A DNA stretch of 39,762 nucleotides from an uncultured Verrucomicrobiales bacterium (GCA_937969125.1 CALBVA010000014.1:1-39762); one strand, 5' to 3'; positions 18,777-27,716 are shown, counted from the first letter of the stretch. A program made the numbers and translations. The notes: a model not told the origin generated them from the letters alone.

Positions 18777-19550
18777 TCAGGTTCCAAGCAGGATTCCTTC
18801 GTGTTGAAGGAGCTTCCGTTTAATTTCAAGCCCGCCTCCAAACCCCACGAGTTCTCCGTTTTTTCCGATGACCCGATGGCAGGGGACGATGATGGAAATC
18901 GGGTTAGCACCGTTCGCGGTGCCTACGGCGCGGACCGCTTTCGGGTTGCCTAGATTCTCAGCCAGCTCGCCGTAGCCCATGGTGGTTCCGTAGGGGATTT
19001 GGCTCAATTGCCGCCAAACATCACGGCGGAAAGCCGTGCCTTTGGCGTCCAGGGGCACGGTAAATTTCTCCCGCTGACGGGCAAAGTATTCTTCCAGCTC
19101 GGAGGTCGCGAGCTGGAGAAATTTGTTTCTGGGATCCTCCTTCGGTAGTGTCGTCGGTTCGATTCGATGCCCGAAGTAAACTCCGCAGAGGCCCTTCTTC
19201 GAGGCCAGGAGATAAAGAGGGCCAAGAGTGCTCTGAATTTTCAGATGAGAGATCGCGTGATCCGGGGCATGGTCTTTCTTCTTCTCCTTACGTGGCTGTT
19301 TTTTTGCGGTTCCAGCCTTCGTGCCGGGAGCCGTCCGCTTGTGGCCAAAGTATTTTTCGCTCCGGTATCGTAGCCAGATACGGAGCTGCTCCGGGACCTC
19401 ATTCCGCTCTTCCTTGGTGAGCGTTTCATAGAGGTTGAGGGCGCGATCACGCATGCGGCGGCAGGCGGCGTTTTCATGCGCGTCCCATCGCTTTTTCGCT
19501 TCACGAATGAGCGAGTTCACTTCCTTGATGAGATCGCGGCGGGTGGTCAT
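18777..19550 (-). CDS. ogt: Methylated-DNA-protein-cysteine methyltransferase (Ogt/MGMT) with ~100-aa basic N-terminal extension
   Basis: Active-site PCHRVIG, IPYGTTMGYGELA and NPISIIVPCHRV. The ATG at 19550 (MTTRRDL...) avoids overlap with the upstream gene, which stops at 19555. Confidence 0.9.
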   Translation of the reverse strand: MTTRRDLIKEVNSLIREAKKRWDAHENAACRRMRDRALNLYETLTKEERNEVPEQLRIWLRYRSEKYFGHKRTAPGTKAGTAKKQPRKEKKKDHAPDHAISHLKIQSTLGPLYLLASKKGLCGVYFGHRIEPTTLPKEDPRNKFLQLATSELEEYFARQREKFTVPLDAKGTAFRRDVWRQLSQIPYGTTMGYGELAENLGNPKAVRAVGTANGANPISIIVPCHRVIGKNGELVGFGGGLEIKRKLLQHEGILLGT

Positions 19551-19554
19551 TGGT

Positions 19555-21480
19555 TTATTGGGAAACGCGCAGGACGCGGTAGAAGAGGATGTCGCCATCC
19601 GGGGTGATCATCGCCGAGTTAGTCCCATCCGGTCCCCCGGTGATGGTGGGCCCGTTGGCAGGACTCCAGGGGAGTTTGAGGTCGGGGCTGGATTGAATGA
19701 GATACGTCGCTCCGGGAACCGAGTCCCAAGTCAGCGTGAAGGTTCCTGCTGTCTCACCGGGTGTCAATGCCGCGCTGAAAGATGCCGGTTCCGGGACCTC
19801 ACCCATTGCGAAGATCCGCATGTCCATCCCCAAGTCGGAGCTGGTATCGCCGTTATTGTGCAGGCTCACCGCGACGCGGACCGGAACTCCAGCCGGGAGG
19901 TTTTGATCCAGAGCGACGGCATACTGGGCATGGGTTTCGGTGGGGCGGTCATCTACGACCGGGGTCACGGCGGTCAGAGTCCAGTCATCGGCATCTTCGG
20001 TGGGATCGACGTTAATTCGGGCGGCCTCCTCATCATTAATATAAATGATGGCCCCGTCATCAAAGAGCCCTTCAAAGCCAAGATGACGGACCGCATTTTC
20101 AGGAGTAAAGAGGGTGCGGAAGTAGGCCACATTCCGATCTCCACGGTCAGGGAGGTCTTCGCCATTCGGATCAACAGCCTCCCAAATTTCGGTGACGATC
20201 GGAGAGGCATTGACTCCGCCGTAGCCGAGTGGGGCAGGGGAAGGGCCGAGGAATGTGGGACCATTGTAGCCGATGGGATTCCGCCAAGTGTCGTAGAAGG
20301 CAGGATCCAGATCAGCGGGATCGACCGGTTCCGTTTGGCTGTCGACCGCGATGAGATGCTCCCAATCACTCCCGGCTGGGAGAAGGAGAGCTGTAGGTTC
20401 GAGCGGACTGTATCCTTCTTCGAGGGTCAGATTGACCTGTCCCACCTGGCCATCTTCGCCATCCACCGCGATGTAATAAGTCGTCCCTGCCGTAACGGTA
20501 AACTCGACGCGTGCATTCTCAAAAAAGAGCTCTGAATCCGCGATGCTGGAGGCTTCCTCAGTATAGGTTTCGTAGCGTCTCACCGGGGTCAGGGCATCGA
20601 CGCTCTCTCCAGTGTAGATCGCGAGTAGCGGAGTGAACGCAGTGGAATCGGCGCTGATCGCCAGTCGTCCGTCACTGATCGCAGTGTATTTCCACCAGAG
20701 CGAAGCTCCGCCGGGCTGATCAGCGTGGTCCGGCTCGCCTGCCTCCTTAAAAGCTCCGGGCATGCCGAGATTGTTGTCACTGATACCGCTAATGCTGATG
20801 GGAAGGTCCCCGGTGATTTCGCTGGCATCCGTGAAGAGATCATTCGGGGGTAGTAGCTCCTCCACTGATTCGATCTCCAGGCCGAAGCCGATGTCAGAGC
20901 TGGAAGAGGAAGAATTGTGCAATGAAACCGCTACCGTCACCGGGACGTTTGGGGCGAGATCGACCGCTGCAAAAAATCGGGAAGGATTGTCCTCATCACC
21001 ATTATTGTTGGCCCTCAGGGCCCAGGTATCCGGGAAATCACCCACCTGAAAGCGGGTCAGCTCCTGACCATCGAGATAGACCACCACGCCATCATCAATG
21101 ACGCCGGTGAACTTGAGATTCGAGACCGCCTCAGTCGGAGTGATCGTAGTGCGGAAGTAAACAGTCAGCCGAGCCCCTTCCGGTGGCTCATCCTCTGATT
21201 CACTGCCGTCGGGATTCCAGACATTGACGGTGATCGTCTCGGAATCAATGGAACCGTATCCGAAGTATCCCGAGCCAGTCAGAAATGGTGGGCCACTGTA
21301 GCCCACCGGATTCTGCCACGTCGTGTTGAAGTCCGGATCGATCGTCGCGGGATCGCGCGGGACCGAATCGACCCGATAGAGCAGGTAGTTCCAAGAGTCA
21401 GCGGTAGCTTGCAGGATCTCTCCAAAAACCGGCGAGACGCTGAGGGCAGCTAGCGAAAAAAATAAGGGGCGGATATTCAT
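19555..21480 (-). CDS. Secreted protein with two paralogous jelly-roll (galactose-binding/CBM-like) modules flanking a pre-peptidase-C-terminal-like domain
   Basis: Signal peptide MNIRPLFFSLAALSVSPVFG. The internal duplication is visible: DPDFNTTWQNPVGYSGPPFLTG...YFRTTITPTEAVSNLKFTGVIDDGVVVYLDGQE versus DPAFYDTWRNPIGYNGPTFLGP...YFRTLFTPENAVRHLGFEGLFDDGAIIYINDEE. The central segment reads GGASLWWKYTA...TAGTTYYIAVDGEDG. Confidence 0.8.
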   Translation of the reverse strand: MNIRPLFFSLAALSVSPVFGEILQATADSWNYLLYRVDSVPRDPATIDPDFNTTWQNPVGYSGPPFLTGSGYFGYGSIDSETITVNVWNPDGSESEDEPPEGARLTVYFRTTITPTEAVSNLKFTGVIDDGVVVYLDGQELTRFQVGDFPDTWALRANNNGDEDNPSRFFAAVDLAPNVPVTVAVSLHNSSSSSSDIGFGLEIESVEELLPPNDLFTDASEITGDLPISISGISDNNLGMPGAFKEAGEPDHADQPGGASLWWKYTAISDGRLAISADSTAFTPLLAIYTGESVDALTPVRRYETYTEEASSIADSELFFENARVEFTVTAGTTYYIAVDGEDGQVGQVNLTLEEGYSPLEPTALLLPAGSDWEHLIAVDSQTEPVDPADLDPAFYDTWRNPIGYNGPTFLGPSPAPLGYGGVNASPIVTEIWEAVDPNGEDLPDRGDRNVAYFRTLFTPENAVRHLGFEGLFDDGAIIYINDEEAARINVDPTEDADDWTLTAVTPVVDDRPTETHAQYAVALDQNLPAGVPVRVAVSLHNNGDTSSDLGMDMRIFAMGEVPEPASFSAALTPGETAGTFTLTWDSVPGATYLIQSSPDLKLPWSPANGPTITGGPDGTNSAMITPDGDILFYRVLRVSQ

Positions 21481-21547
21481 GATGTTGACGCATATCGAAA
21501 TATCACCAAGAGGTCCGCCCTAAAATTTATGGGGGGGAATTGCTCCG

Positions 21548-23086
21548 CTACTTCACCGCACTCACTTTAAAAGTGTATGCGTAGTTGCATGGCATACGGG
21601 AGGGGTTGACCTTCGGCATGGTGATGACGAGGTGTGCTCCGTCCTGCTTCCACTGCAGATCGCCATTCGCACCGAGGAATGTGACCTTGGCCCCTTCCTT
21701 CGCGGTGATGTTTTTCAGGACCAATTGATCATCTGGGAAGACCGGGCAGATCGCGTAGAGAGCCTCACCTTTGCGGGTGAAGAGAGCCTCCTTACGTGCC
21801 TTGCCCGGATCGGGGTTCTTGAGGAGCTTATTGACATCATACTTCACGCGGTAGTTTCCGTGCTTCAGTTCCTGAATCTTACCATCGGTCCATTGGCAGG
21901 ACTCCGAATGAGTGGTAGTGCCGTAGATGGCCTCGCCATTCACCTCCAGCCAGTTGCCGATTTCGGCCAGTCGCTCCTCCATGAGTGGGGGAATGCGTCC
22001 GTCTCCGGTTGGTCCGATATCGAGAAGGAAATTGCCGCCCCGTGAGACGATATCGATGAGCATGTAGGTCAGAGCTTCGCTGGAGTTATAGTCCTCGAAG
22101 CGCTCCGCCTTGCTGTAGCCAAAGGAGTGCGCCATCCCGCGATTCTCTTCCCAGGCATTTTCGGCATTTGGGAGGCCGGCACCATACTCGGTGGTGTAAT
22201 AGCCGCCGTGCTTGTGGCGATCTCCCTTACCCCAGCGATCATTGATAACCACGTGATTCTTCACTTTGGACTCATTGAAGAGCCAGGTGAGAACCTCTGC
22301 AGAGCGCCAGGTAGTCGCAGGATGGTCCCACTCACCGTCCACGAAGATAGCGTTCGGCTCGTACTTGGTGACGATGTCTTTGAACTGGGGAACGAGAACC
22401 TTATCCACGAAAACGTGTGGATCTGCCTTATAGAGAGGATTGAACCACTCATAGATCGAGAAGTAGAGGCCCATCTTCACATCGGTCTTATTGACTGCCT
22501 CGGTGAGTTCGCCCACGAGATCGCGGCCGGGGCCGGAGTTCGTGGAGCTCCATGGACGACCCCATGATCGGTCGGCTTCCTTCGAGGGCCAGAGGCAATA
22601 ACCGTCGTGATGCTTGGCCGTCAGGACGACATACTTTGCGCCGGAATTCTGGAAGGTCTTGGCCCATTGGTCGGGTTGGAACATCTCACATTTGAACTCC
22701 TTGACGAAGTCGGGGTAGGTATAAAGCGGTCCATATACTTCGTTGTGGAAGGCTTTCACTTCCTTGTGCGCTGCGCGCTTCGGATTGGCGAGGTCCATCC
22801 AATACCATTCGGAGTAGGTCCCTTTTGAGGCGCCGTCCTTGTCTTTGTAAACCTTGGAATAAGCGGGGACGGAATACGGCCCCCAGTGAATAAAAATTCC
22901 GAACTTGGCATCACGCCACCATTTAGGCGTTTCGCGGGCGTCGATGGCCTTCCACTGCTCGGCTTCTTTCTTGGCCTTCTGGTCTTTTTCGGTATTGACT
23001 GACTTATCCTGCTGGGCGGAAAGCGGTGCGAGAGAGGCTAGGGACAGGAGTCCGGTCAGGGCGTATTTATTCATGAGGACTGGCAT
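21548..23086 (-). CDS. Alpha-L-fucosidase, glycoside hydrolase family 29
   Basis: Signal peptide, then WWRDAKFGIFIHWGPYSVPA, KYVVLTAKHHDGYCLWPS, IFVDGEW and GGNFLLDIGP. An alternative ATG lies at 23074. Confidence 0.95.
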   Translation of the reverse strand: MPVLMNKYALTGLLSLASLAPLSAQQDKSVNTEKDQKAKKEAEQWKAIDARETPKWWRDAKFGIFIHWGPYSVPAYSKVYKDKDGASKGTYSEWYWMDLANPKRAAHKEVKAFHNEVYGPLYTYPDFVKEFKCEMFQPDQWAKTFQNSGAKYVVLTAKHHDGYCLWPSKEADRSWGRPWSSTNSGPGRDLVGELTEAVNKTDVKMGLYFSIYEWFNPLYKADPHVFVDKVLVPQFKDIVTKYEPNAIFVDGEWDHPATTWRSAEVLTWLFNESKVKNHVVINDRWGKGDRHKHGGYYTTEYGAGLPNAENAWEENRGMAHSFGYSKAERFEDYNSSEALTYMLIDIVSRGGNFLLDIGPTGDGRIPPLMEERLAEIGNWLEVNGEAIYGTTTHSESCQWTDGKIQELKHGNYRVKYDVNKLLKNPDPGKARKEALFTRKGEALYAICPVFPDDQLVLKNITAKEGAKVTFLGANGDLQWKQDGAHLVITMPKVNPSRMPCNYAYTFKVSAVK

Positions 23087-23334
23087 TTTCTGGTGCCGAT
23101 CCTGTCGTTCCCGTCAGAGTGGGTCGAGGTGAAATATGACTGTCTTTGCGACTGAAGGGAGTAATTACAGAACTAGTGTTCCGAAAAACTTAAACTGGTG
23201 GATAGATCCGCTGGAGATTTTTGGGAGCGCAAGGAGGAATTCTTGCAGTGAATCGGGATTCTTAGAAAGGATGACGACGCGGCGATCGCGAAAATACACA
23301 AGGGGATATTCGTCAGTTTAAGGTTTTCGGAGCA

Positions 23335-24666
23335 CTAGGGCACGGTAGGATGGGAAATCTCTCGGAAGATCTTTTGTAGCTCCTCGGCCTTTTCATATTT
23401 CTTCTCCATTCTTTCGGCCATCCGCTCCCACTTCTTCATCGTGTGATTCCTTTTCGGATGATAAAGATTCCCATGTTTGGTGTATTGGCGGCGGGAGAAA
23501 TTTGCGAGGGCCTCCAGTCCTTCCAGATGAGCCTTCGCTCCTTCTTTTTCCAGTAGGGCATTGTGCAGTTTCTCGATTTCGGTCTTAAATTCACCACTGA
23601 GAGAGCATCGTTTGACCAGCATTTCGGTTAGAAAGATAGCCTCGCCCTCGGAGGTGTCGGCGAGGTCGGTGATCCATGGGAGAAAGCGTTTCTCAAACTC
23701 CTCCGCCTCCTTGGATCGGGAGGCCTTCCCACCGTAAAGTCCCTGAGTATACATCCACATCATGCCCAGTGTCACGGTGTCACGATTCGGGAAGACGTGT
23801 CCTCCCGGGTGGATGTAATGAACCCCCCGGTCGCCAAATTTTGCGGCGGCCCACGCAGTGAGGTAGCGATTATAGTCCATCGCTCCACCGGCCATGAAAT
23901 GATGTCCGGGATTGTTCCCGGTCATGTCTGGGGTGAAAAATCCGGAGATCGTGAAGGTCCCCACGCTATTCATCTTGAGTGAATTCCAAAAGGCCGCAGC
24001 CGCACCGCTGTCATTACCGCCGTAGTGCACGGCGTCACCATTGAGGGGGAGTTTTACCTTCGCGTGGCGGAGGGCATCATTGGCATGCGCGAGGTTATTG
24101 ATCAATGTCACCTCCTTCTCCTTCTTGGCTTCTACCGGGACAATGAGGACCATCCCAGCGAGGTCGGCTGCTTCCACGAGGTGTCTGAGCGTATCCGCCT
24201 TGCCGCCGTTATTTTGCGTCCAAATCATCACCGAGGCCTTAATGTCCTTCTGGAACTCCTCCGGCTGGTAAATGTAATAACTCGTGGACGGGGTGGCCTT
24301 GACTGGTCCGGTTAACTCGCCAGGTGAAAAGGTCAGCTTTTCAAAGCCGTCATCCCGATCATCGTCGTCATCCAGATCTTCATCATCTTCAATTTCCTCT
24401 TCATCAATCTCATCCCGCTCGGCGCGGAAAAAGAGGCGGAGGAATTCCTGATCGTCCTTCGAAAGCTTCCGGAGGTGAATATTGATCGTCTTTCCTTCAT
24501 CAGTCTCCAGCGTCACCATATCGCGGTCGGTGAGATCGGTGGCCTTCGCCGTGATCTTTGTGCCTTTAACAGAAGTCCATTCCCGCTCCACGGTCTCTTC
24601 GATAGCGAGGGCGCTATTGAACAGAAGAATGGCAGCGAGAAGGCGTGGTAATAAATTCACCTTCAT
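23335..24666 (-). CDS. Secreted protein: SHD1-like domain + poly-acidic linker + alpha/beta-hydrolase-like domain + helical C-terminus
   Basis: The ATG at 24666 gives signal peptide MKVNLLPRLLAAILLFNSALA. REWTSVKGTKITAKATDL...TINIHLRKLSKDDQEFL resembles SHD1 domains. The linker is DEIDEEEIEDDEDLDDDDDRDD. The remainder has alternating beta/alpha character but no canonical GxSxG. Confidence 0.75.
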   Translation of the reverse strand: MKVNLLPRLLAAILLFNSALAIEETVEREWTSVKGTKITAKATDLTDRDMVTLETDEGKTINIHLRKLSKDDQEFLRLFFRAERDEIDEEEIEDDEDLDDDDDRDDGFEKLTFSPGELTGPVKATPSTSYYIYQPEEFQKDIKASVMIWTQNNGGKADTLRHLVEAADLAGMVLIVPVEAKKEKEVTLINNLAHANDALRHAKVKLPLNGDAVHYGGNDSGAAAAFWNSLKMNSVGTFTISGFFTPDMTGNNPGHHFMAGGAMDYNRYLTAWAAAKFGDRGVHYIHPGGHVFPNRDTVTLGMMWMYTQGLYGGKASRSKEAEEFEKRFLPWITDLADTSEGEAIFLTEMLVKRCSLSGEFKTEIEKLHNALLEKEGAKAHLEGLEALANFSRRQYTKHGNLYHPKRNHTMKKWERMAERMEKKYEKAEELQKIFREISHPTVP

Positions 24667-24718
24667 ATGTTTTAGAAAACCACGAGTCGGGTGATTTGTC
24701 AAAGTCGGGGAATTGATC

Positions 24719-25405
24719 TCACGCTCCGCGAATGGCGCTGATCGCTTCTTTCATATCCGGTGCTCCGAAGGTCGATGAGCCGGCCACCAGGACGTTGGCT
24801 CCGGCTGCGGTTGCGATCGGGGCGGTCTCGATGCCAATGCCGCCATCAACCTGGATGTGGTAGGCGAGGTCATGTGATGAGCGATAAGCCGTCGCCTCCT
24901 CGATCTTAGGCATGACCGATTCCATGAATGACTGCCCGCCAAAGCCTGGCACCACCGTCATGGCGAGGAGGAGATCGATGTCTGTGAGATAGGGGACCAC
25001 CGCATCGAAGGGAGTGGCGGGGTTGAAAGCGAGGCCGGCCTTGCAACCGGCTTCGCGGATCGCCTTGAGCGTGGACGCCACATCGTGATCCGCCTCGGGC
25101 TCTACATGCACGGTGATGAGGTCAGAGCCGGCCCCGATGAAGCGGGGAAGGAAGTGATCCGGCCTCGTGATCATCAGATGAACGTCGAGGAAGACGTCAT
25201 TGGTCTCGTGAATAGCCTGAATGATCGCCGGTCCGAAGGAGATATTATCCACGAAGTGCCCGTCCATGACATCCAGATGCATCCAATCGGCACCCGCATT
25301 GATGGCACGCGTTGTTTCATCAGCCACTCGACCGAAGTCGGCAGCTAGCAGTGAGGGGGCGATGATTCGGTCCTGATAATTCCACTTCTTCACGCCGCGA
25401 TTCAT
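24719..25405 (-). CDS. rpe: Ribulose-phosphate 3-epimerase
   Basis: IAPSLLAADF, HLDVMDGHFV, DVHLM, GFGGQSF and VDGGI. The ATG at 25405 (MNRGVKKW...) is preferred over the longer ORF start at 25471. Confidence 0.95.
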   Translation of the reverse strand: MNRGVKKWNYQDRIIAPSLLAADFGRVADETTRAINAGADWMHLDVMDGHFVDNISFGPAIIQAIHETNDVFLDVHLMITRPDHFLPRFIGAGSDLITVHVEPEADHDVASTLKAIREAGCKAGLAFNPATPFDAVVPYLTDIDLLLAMTVVPGFGGQSFMESVMPKIEEATAYRSSHDLAYHIQVDGGIGIETAPIATAAGANVLVAGSSTFGAPDMKEAISAIRGA

Positions 25406-25491
25406 AGGCGGATTCCCCGGCAATGGCTCGCAAAAAAAAGCGACCGTCCGGAATATCCGGAGCGGCCGCATGGGAAGATGATCAGTAGAGG

Positions 25492-26091
25492 TTAATCAAA
25501 GGGATTGGCTTTCTTCTGATTCTTTTTTTCAATGTTACCGGTCTTTGGGGCTTTCGAGCCAGTCGGGCGAATCACTGTGGCATACTCATCGTAGCGCGCA
25601 GTGGCTCCGGCACTATCCAGAATGTATTTCAGTGCGGCGGAAATCGGGATGTTGTTCAGCTTCAAGTTCACCGTCTTCTTTGTGAGTTTTCCCGTGGGAT
25701 CCTGCACCACGAAATTCGGGGTGAATTCCTCGTTTGTCGCCTTCGACGACAGAGCGTCTAGGGCCTGCAGAGCTTCCTCGAAAGTGGCCTTGTTGAAGTG
25801 CACCTCTTTCAGCCGCGTCGTGGTGAAAAGTTTCTTCCGCTTGGCCAATTTCACCTTCGCCGTGATGGCGGGCAGTTGGGTCAGCTGATAGCGTGCGTGA
25901 CCGTGGTTCGGCTGGAGCTTTAGTAATGCTTCGAAGGCTGACTTGGCCTTGATGGGATCACCTGCTTTCAGCGAGGCAATGCCACTCTTATAGAGGGCAT
26001 TGATTTTCTTCGCCTTGTCTTTGAATTCGTCGGCGAGCGCGCAGGTCGTCATGGACAACCCAATTGCCAGGATGGCTTTCAGTTTTTTCAT
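25492..26091 (-). CDS. Secreted hypothetical protein, TPR-like N-terminus and secretin-N/STN-like C-terminal domain
   Basis: Signal peptide MKKLKAILAIGLSMTTCALA. A helical repeat follows (ALYKSGIASLKAGDPIKAKSAFEALLKLQP). Then comes VHFNKATFEEALQALDAL...LNNIPISAALKYILDSAG, reminiscent of short secretin/STN domains. Function unknown. Confidence 0.7.
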   Translation of the reverse strand: MKKLKAILAIGLSMTTCALADEFKDKAKKINALYKSGIASLKAGDPIKAKSAFEALLKLQPNHGHARYQLTQLPAITAKVKLAKRKKLFTTTRLKEVHFNKATFEEALQALDALSSKATNEEFTPNFVVQDPTGKLTKKTVNLKLNNIPISAALKYILDSAGATARYDEYATVIRPTGSKAPKTGNIEKKNQKKANPFD

Positions 26092-26241
26092 TGTAGTTTG
26101 GGATTTGGTTGGTGTTGATTGGCGGAGCGTGAAATTCGCTTAACCAATCAGCACTCTATGGAGGGTGATTTAATACGTCAAGATCCCCCTTGAATTGAAA
26201 TGACCTTGCAGGCTTATTTTTAAATTTGAGCTGGACTTGAT

Positions 26242-26270
26242 TGATCTAATGAATAGTGTTCATTGAATCA
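26242..26270. promoter_or_regulatory. Candidate LexA operator: imperfect 29-bp palindrome with core AATGAA-N5-TTCATT and a TGTTC half-site
   Basis: tgatctAATGAAtagtgTTCATTgaatca. The arms pair at 10 of 12 positions around 26256, and it ends 9 nt before the lexA ATG. TGTTC is at 26257-26261, followed 4 nt later by AATCA. Confidence 0.4.
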
Positions 26271-26278
26271 CTTTCACC

Positions 26279-26896
26279 ATGGCCGAAAAACTTACAAAGC
26301 GTCAGCAGGAGCTCCTCGATTTTCTTAAGTATTCTCAAAACAAGAACGGCCTCATGCCGTCCACTCGTGAAATTCAGGCCCATTTCGGTTTTGCCAGCCA
26401 GACCGCTGCCATGAGTCATCTTCGCGCTTTGGAGAAGAAGGGCGTCATTGTTCGCCTCGCCGGTAAGGCCCGTGCTGTCGTATTTCCTGCCGATCTTGAG
26501 CGGGAAGAAGTCATGGATATCCCCGTTTACGGCAGCATTGCCGCAGGTATGGCGGAAGTGGTGGATGAAGAAAAGGTGGGCTGTGTTTCCATCGATATTG
26601 CCTCACTGGGAATTCCTAGGAATGCTCGCACCTTCGGCCTCCAAGTCCGTGGGGAATCGATGATCGATGCCCACATCTGTGATGGAGACACTGTCATCAT
26701 GGAATTCCGTGAGCCTCGTCACCTCGATATCGTTGCCGCTTTGATTGATGACGAGACCACTCTGAAAAGATTCATCATGGAGAAGGGGCGTCCCTATCTT
26801 CGCGCCGAAAATGAGAACTTCCCCGATCTCATTCCTGCCCGCGAACTCGTCGTCCAGGGCGTAATGGTCGGTCTGCTCCGTACGGGCCGCATGTAA
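26279..26896 (+). CDS. lexA: SOS repressor LexA
   Basis: N-terminal wHTH (LTKRQQELLDFL...REIQAHFGFASQTAAMSHLRALEKKG), Ala-Gly cleavage site (GSIAAGMA), and catalytic Ser (VRGESMIDA) and Lys (ETTLKRF). Confidence 0.95.
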   Translation: MAEKLTKRQQELLDFLKYSQNKNGLMPSTREIQAHFGFASQTAAMSHLRALEKKGVIVRLAGKARAVVFPADLEREEVMDIPVYGSIAAGMAEVVDEEKVGCVSIDIASLGIPRNARTFGLQVRGESMIDAHICDGDTVIMEFREPRHLDIVAALIDDETTLKRFIMEKGRPYLRAENENFPDLIPARELVVQGVMVGLLRTGRM

Positions 26897-27031
26897 AGTG
26901 GCGGCGCTTTCCAGGCGCCAAGCCAAATTCCAAGGAATCCCGGTCAAGCGTATCGTCATGGCGTTTGAAAAGCACCACCACGCTGCTTTCCCCATCGACG
27001 ACTGGGCTCGAGTCCGTAAACTTCGCCTGAC

Positions 27032-27676
27032 ATGATGAATGGAAAAGCAGTCGAATGGATCTCGCGCCTCCTCCTTGCCGGAGTCTTTCTGTGGAGTGGA
27101 ATCACTAGCCTGTTGGAGCAGCTCGCGTCTCCGGGGCATTGGACATTTTTTCTTATTCCGTCGCTGGAGATTTTAACGGCTCTCATTGTCCTCATCGCGA
27201 CCTGGCGGGTCCTCTTCCTCATTTTCGGGGCCTATTTCATCACCAGTGGAATTCTAAAGCTCGGTGCGCTTCAGGCCTTTACTCAGGCCATTGGAAATTA
27301 CGCACCCGCCTTTGCCGGTGATTATTGGAAGAGCTTCCGCTCATTGATGGAGGAACCGAAGGACGCGTACGTAGCCTACTCGCTCCCGTGGTTGGAGATT
27401 TTCACCGGAGCAATGGTCATCATTGGCTTCGGTCGGCGTCTCTCCCTCGTCGTCCTCATGGGTCTGCTCATGTTCTTCAACTTCCTCATTGCGATGGCTA
27501 TGTTCCAGGGACTCAATATCAACTGCGGTTGCTTCGCTGAAGACAGTAAGCCTACGAATTACCCCTTGAAGCTCGCGGTTAATACCGGCCTCTGGATCAT
27601 CGCCGCGCTCTTACTGATCTTCGATTTTAGGCTCGCCCGCTTTCGGTCGGCGGAGGCGAATGGGAGTGATGCATGA
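27032..27676 (+). CDS. MauE/DoxX-family integral membrane protein
   Basis: Multiple TM helices, LLLAGVFLWSGITSLLE at the N-terminus, and the family-typical CGCF motif (GLNINCGCFAEDSKP). Confidence 0.8.
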   Translation: MMNGKAVEWISRLLLAGVFLWSGITSLLEQLASPGHWTFFLIPSLEILTALIVLIATWRVLFLIFGAYFITSGILKLGALQAFTQAIGNYAPAFAGDYWKSFRSLMEEPKDAYVAYSLPWLEIFTGAMVIIGFGRRLSLVVLMGLLMFFNFLIAMAMFQGLNINCGCFAEDSKPTNYPLKLAVNTGLWIIAALLLIFDFRLARFRSAEANGSDA

Positions 27677-27716
27677 TCGCCTTGCCACCGTGAGGTCCAT
27701 CGTTACCCTTTCGCCC

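Noticed and set aside
23136-23321. 61-codon + strand ORF in the spacer upstream of the fucosidase gene
   Set aside because: It has no motifs, Arg/Ser-rich odd composition, and lies in a lower-GC promoter-like spacer. It is probably non-coding.
26116-26150. Hairpin TGATTGG...CCAATCA with an inner AGCG/CGCT stem in the divergent region between the 199-aa protein gene and lexA
   Set aside because: It has no T-tract and no known motif. It could be a 5' UTR structure, but there is nothing to support a specific function.
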